Positions 61,036 to 64,000 of a stretch of DNA of 64,000 bases are shown piece by piece. The translations under genes were made by a program, and so were the position numbers. The notes below the pieces were generated by a model that made no database searches, had not been told where the DNA came from, and saw only the letters and a list, made by a program, of their open reading frames with translations. Origin of the DNA: an uncultured Pseudomonadota bacterium. GTDB taxonomy: Bacteria; Oederibacteriota; Muellerivitia; Muellerivitales; Muellerivitaceae. The stretch lies in assembly GCA_963836235.1 (NCBI GenBank), contig CAWIIP010000001.1, positions 128,001-192,000 on the forward strand, read 5' to 3'. The number at the start of each line of letters is the position of its first letter. The first letter of the stretch is position 1.

Positions 61036-61599
61036 TTGGAAGACCGGGAGTTGGTTCGAAAAATACTCCAGGGTGACGAGGAAGCCAAAACCCAATTCTT
61101 TATCCAATACCGGGAACGCCTTTATAAGGATTGCGTTTTTCTCTTGGGCTACCGGGACTCGGAAGCCGAAGACCTGGTACAGGAAGCTTTCCTGATCGCC
61201 TTCAAAAAGCTTCCTGGGTTCGAATTCCGGTCTTCGCTGGGGACCTGGCTGACGCAGATCGGCATTTACCTTTGCTACAACCGCTACCGGACCCGGGCCC
61301 GGACGGTCCTGCAGGACGAGGAGAATTTGGAAAGCCTTTTGAGGGCGAAATCCTTGGAAGGGGAAGCCCAAAAATCCCGGGACGAGGACAAAAATCAAAA
61401 GCTCCGGCTGATCGACATGGGCCTGGAGAAGATCGGCCCCGAATGCCGGGAGATTGTGGTGTTGAGGGATAAAGAGGAAAAGACTTATATCGAAATCGGG
61501 AAGCTGTTGAAAATCCCATTGGGAACGGTGATGTCCCGTCTGTCGCGGTGCAAAAAGGCCCTGAAGGTTTTGATCGAACAAATGACTCAAGAAGGATGA
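61036..61599 (+). CDS. ECF RNA polymerase sigma factor
   Basis: AEDLVQEAF, F..RSSLGTWLTQI, YIEIGKLLKIPLGTVMSRLSR; AAGGAGG RBS before TTG. Confidence 0.93.
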   Translation: MEDRELVRKILQGDEEAKTQFFIQYRERLYKDCVFLLGYRDSEAEDLVQEAFLIAFKKLPGFEFRSSLGTWLTQIGIYLCYNRYRTRARTVLQDEENLESLLRAKSLEGEAQKSRDEDKNQKLRLIDMGLEKIGPECREIVVLRDKEEKTYIEIGKLLKIPLGTVMSRLSRCKKALKVLIEQMTQEG

Positions 61600-61600
61600 G

Positions 61601-62269
61601 ATGGCTGATCTAATCAATGAATTTTTTGAGCGGGAATTGAGCGAGGCGGAAGCCGACTCGCTGGGTGACCTTTTGCGGGATTCCCCGGATTCGACCCTGC
61701 GTTTCGAGGGCCAGTTGGAACAGCATTACGCCCAAACCGGCCTGCCCTTACCCCAGCTTCCTTCTTCTTTGAATGACCTGCCCAAGGGCCCCAGCGGCAT
61801 TGGAGGCTTGGGAGGGATGAAGATCCTTTTCCTACTCGCGGCGGCTGGGTCGGGTTACCTCGCGTGGAAATATTGGCCGGTGAAGGCGGAGGTTCCCCTC
61901 CCGGGATATTCGCCCCAGGCGGCCCTTTCGGACGCCCCCCTCGACAAAAAACCGACGGCGCTCCAGGCCGTGAAACCCATTATCCAGCCCCGGGTGGCGG
62001 GTCCCACCGCGGAGGGCGAGGAATTGAGCGTGGTGGTGGACGCGCCCCAGAGGTCCCTGGTAACGGTCCGCATTCTCGACGCGTCGGGTAGGGAAGTCCG
62101 GCCCCTTTATACCGGTTTCGTCGAAGCCGGGCGGTGGAATTTCCAATGGGACGGCCTTCTGGAGAATGGGGAAGCGGCGGGAGCGGGCCAATACCGTATC
62201 GACGTCCAGACAGGCGCGGCACACATGTCCAAGGACATCCAGATCAAACTGGCGGCCCCAGCCCCCTGA
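61601..62269 (+). CDS. Anti-sigma factor-like TM protein with C-terminal FlgD-Ig/CTD-like domain
   Basis: N-terminal anti-sigma-like helices (ELSEAEADSL..LL..SP), TM, Pro-rich linker, VRILDASGREVR.L...WDG..ENG....GQYRI. Confidence 0.75.
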   Translation: MADLINEFFERELSEAEADSLGDLLRDSPDSTLRFEGQLEQHYAQTGLPLPQLPSSLNDLPKGPSGIGGLGGMKILFLLAAAGSGYLAWKYWPVKAEVPLPGYSPQAALSDAPLDKKPTALQAVKPIIQPRVAGPTAEGEELSVVVDAPQRSLVTVRILDASGREVRPLYTGFVEAGRWNFQWDGLLENGEAAGAGQYRIDVQTGAAHMSKDIQIKLAAPAP

Positions 62270-62354
62270 CTATCACGAAAATTTTCTGGCGTAAGAAGGC
62301 ATCCCGGAGGAATAATCATTCGGACTGACCGAATAACCGAATGGCGGGGAAACC

Positions 62355-63788
62355 TTGAAGCCTATTCCAATTATCCTGTTTTTATTCCTGCTCGCCTTGA
62401 GCGGGTCTTCTTTCGCCCAGTTCAATGGCGACGGCTTGAAGGGCATTTATTACATTAGCACCAACTTGACCAGCGCGGCTGTGACCGAAGTGGACCCCCT
62501 GGTCAGTTACCGGTGGTACGGCTGTCCGCCCCAGCCGGGGATGTCGGGAACCTCCTTCTCCGTCCGGTGGACGGGTCAACTGGATCCCGCCAATAGTGAG
62601 CCCTACACCATTTTTGCCGACCTGAACGGCGGCGTGAGCTTGATCGTGAACGGCCAGGTGCTGGCGAGCCATTGGACGGACACAGGCCCGCCCATCACCC
62701 GCTATTCGGGAGTGATCACCCTGACGGCGGGGGTTCCGGTGCCCATTGAGGTGGATTATTTCACCAACGGCGCGGCCGTCACGACTGACCTCATCCAACT
62801 GGGTTGGGAAAGCCCTTCCCAAACAGCTGAAACCATCCCTCGCCAGTACCTCTTCTCAGGCGCGGCCTTGAATCCCACTCCCACGCCCCAGACGACTTCG
62901 GCCTGCCAGTCCCCGTCCGCGACCATTACGGTGGATGGGGTCCTCAACGAATGGCCCTGGACCACGGCGGGGTGGAATAGCGTCAACCGGACTGTGCTCG
63001 GCAACGTCAACAGCGCCACGGCGGCCTTTAAAACACTTTGGGATTCCTCCAACCTCTACCTGGGTGTGACCGTAACCGACAGCCCGTTAGCCACCGGCGC
63101 CCCCTATGTTTACGACAACTCAACGGTTGAGCTTTTCCTGGATACCACCGACTCCCGAAGCGTGACCGTGACCAGTACCGACTACGAATACTTTTTCCAG
63201 TGGGGTGCCACGACGGCCGTGGAAAGCCTGGGAAGGACCACGGGGGTGAACATGAAGACCACGACGATCCACACGGGTTACGTGGTGGAGGCTTCCATTC
63301 CATGGTCCACGTTAGGGCTTTCAAGCCCCGGACCGGGGACGGTCTTGGGTTTGGATATCGGGGTTGATGTGGATCATAACGGGGGCAATTGCCGGGACGG
63401 TCAACTTATTTGGAACGGTGAATCGGACGACTACACCAATGCCAGCGATTATGGCCAGTTGACCCTGGCGAGCGCTTGTCCCACACCTGTTTCCACGCCG
63501 CCCGCGCCCACCGGGGGAAATCCCTATGTCGCTCCCAACCCTTCCAATGGGACCACGGTTCAGTTCGTCTATACCATGGCCGAGGGGGGCACGGCCAAAA
63601 TCAAAGTTTGGAACGCCTGGGGCAACTTGGCGGCGAGCTTGAGCGACCCCAAAGGCCCCGGCCTGCAGTCAAGCACGCTCAACATCTCAACCTTCGCGCC
63701 GGGCCATTATTTCTACCGTGTCGAGATGGATTACGACTCGGGCCGGACAGATAGCTTCAAGACCCAGGTCCTGGCAATCAAGAAATGA
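62355..63788 (+). CDS. Secreted PA14 + CBM9-like sugar-binding + T9SS type-A CTD-like protein
   Basis: GLKGIYY, FSVRWTG, IPRQYL (PA14); VDGVLNEW, LWDSSNLYLGV.VTD, GYVVEASIPW (CBM9-like); APNP...GHYFY...IKK tail. Confidence 0.82.
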   Translation: MKPIPIILFLFLLALSGSSFAQFNGDGLKGIYYISTNLTSAAVTEVDPLVSYRWYGCPPQPGMSGTSFSVRWTGQLDPANSEPYTIFADLNGGVSLIVNGQVLASHWTDTGPPITRYSGVITLTAGVPVPIEVDYFTNGAAVTTDLIQLGWESPSQTAETIPRQYLFSGAALNPTPTPQTTSACQSPSATITVDGVLNEWPWTTAGWNSVNRTVLGNVNSATAAFKTLWDSSNLYLGVTVTDSPLATGAPYVYDNSTVELFLDTTDSRSVTVTSTDYEYFFQWGATTAVESLGRTTGVNMKTTTIHTGYVVEASIPWSTLGLSSPGPGTVLGLDIGVDVDHNGGNCRDGQLIWNGESDDYTNASDYGQLTLASACPTPVSTPPAPTGGNPYVAPNPSNGTTVQFVYTMAEGGTAKIKVWNAWGNLAASLSDPKGPGLQSSTLNISTFAPGHYFYRVEMDYDSGRTDSFKTQVLAIKK

Positions 63789-64000
63789 GAGCTATTGATT
63801 TCTCACCAAGATTGCACCCAGAAAGGAAAATCGTTTTTTTTCTTAGCGGTCTCTCCGCGAAGAAGATAAAAAATATTTTTAGGTTAAATGTCTTTCTTGG
63901 TGCCCTTGGTATCTTGGTGGTTCAAATTATGTTTCCTGGTTTTTGTTTTTCCCAAACCATTTCCTCCACCGCCGCCCTCGTCACGCCCTTGAGCGCTTTG
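63785..64000 (+). CDS. Partial CDS, probably exported (runs off the window)
   Basis: ATG overlaps the previous stop (ATGA); frame open to the end, with hydrophobic VFLGALGILVVQIMFPGFCFSQ. Confidence 0.5.
   Translation, partial: MRAIDFSPRLHPERKIVFFLSGLSAKKIKNIFRLNVFLGALGILVVQIMFPGFCFSQTISSTAALVTPLSAL

Noticed and set aside
60992-62340. GGAATAA upstream of both the ECF gene and the PA14 gene as an ECF -35 element
   Set aside because: The corresponding -10 regions do not agree; two sites are insufficient.

Overview
Chromosomal segment of a diderm bacterium. A poorly characterised candidate lineage such as FCPU426/Goldbacteria-like is my inference from gene content only. The backbone is housekeeping: ppiD-like, rplU-rpmA-obgE-proB, J-domain/Hsp70, nadD-comFB-rsfS, purA, smpB-rnr, M16 peptidase, sugar ABC, yqeK, argS, tadBC, plus tRNA-Gly(CCC), tRNA-Lys(TTT) and tRNA-Leu(CAG). 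Four accessory themes stand out. (1) A type IX secretion (T9SS)-like toolkit: three PorV/PorQ-like barrels and several proteins ending in CTD/FlgD-Ig-like domains, including a 1515-aa malectin protein with a ~1100-residue Thr-x stalk and an anti-sigma factor with a CTD-like tail. (2) A GC-richer islet (12.9-15.8 kb) with a ParB-like CTPase/HTH protein fused to a membrane segment and a C-terminal domain, next to an ORF6N gene. Both genes carry long palindromes inside their own coding sequence: parS-like in the first, a tandem pair with mirror-compensated cores in the second. ORF6N is bracketed by 71-bp degenerate direct repeats. (3) A CusRS-like pair divergent from a CusR-box-preceded operon (TonB receptor, ExbBD-TonB, YncE, COG4705, PepSY-like, phosphoesterase). 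(4) A TonB-receptor-like gene split by a frameshift at a G8 run. No CRISPR array, integrase or transposase was seen. All calls are by eye from motifs; no searches were run.
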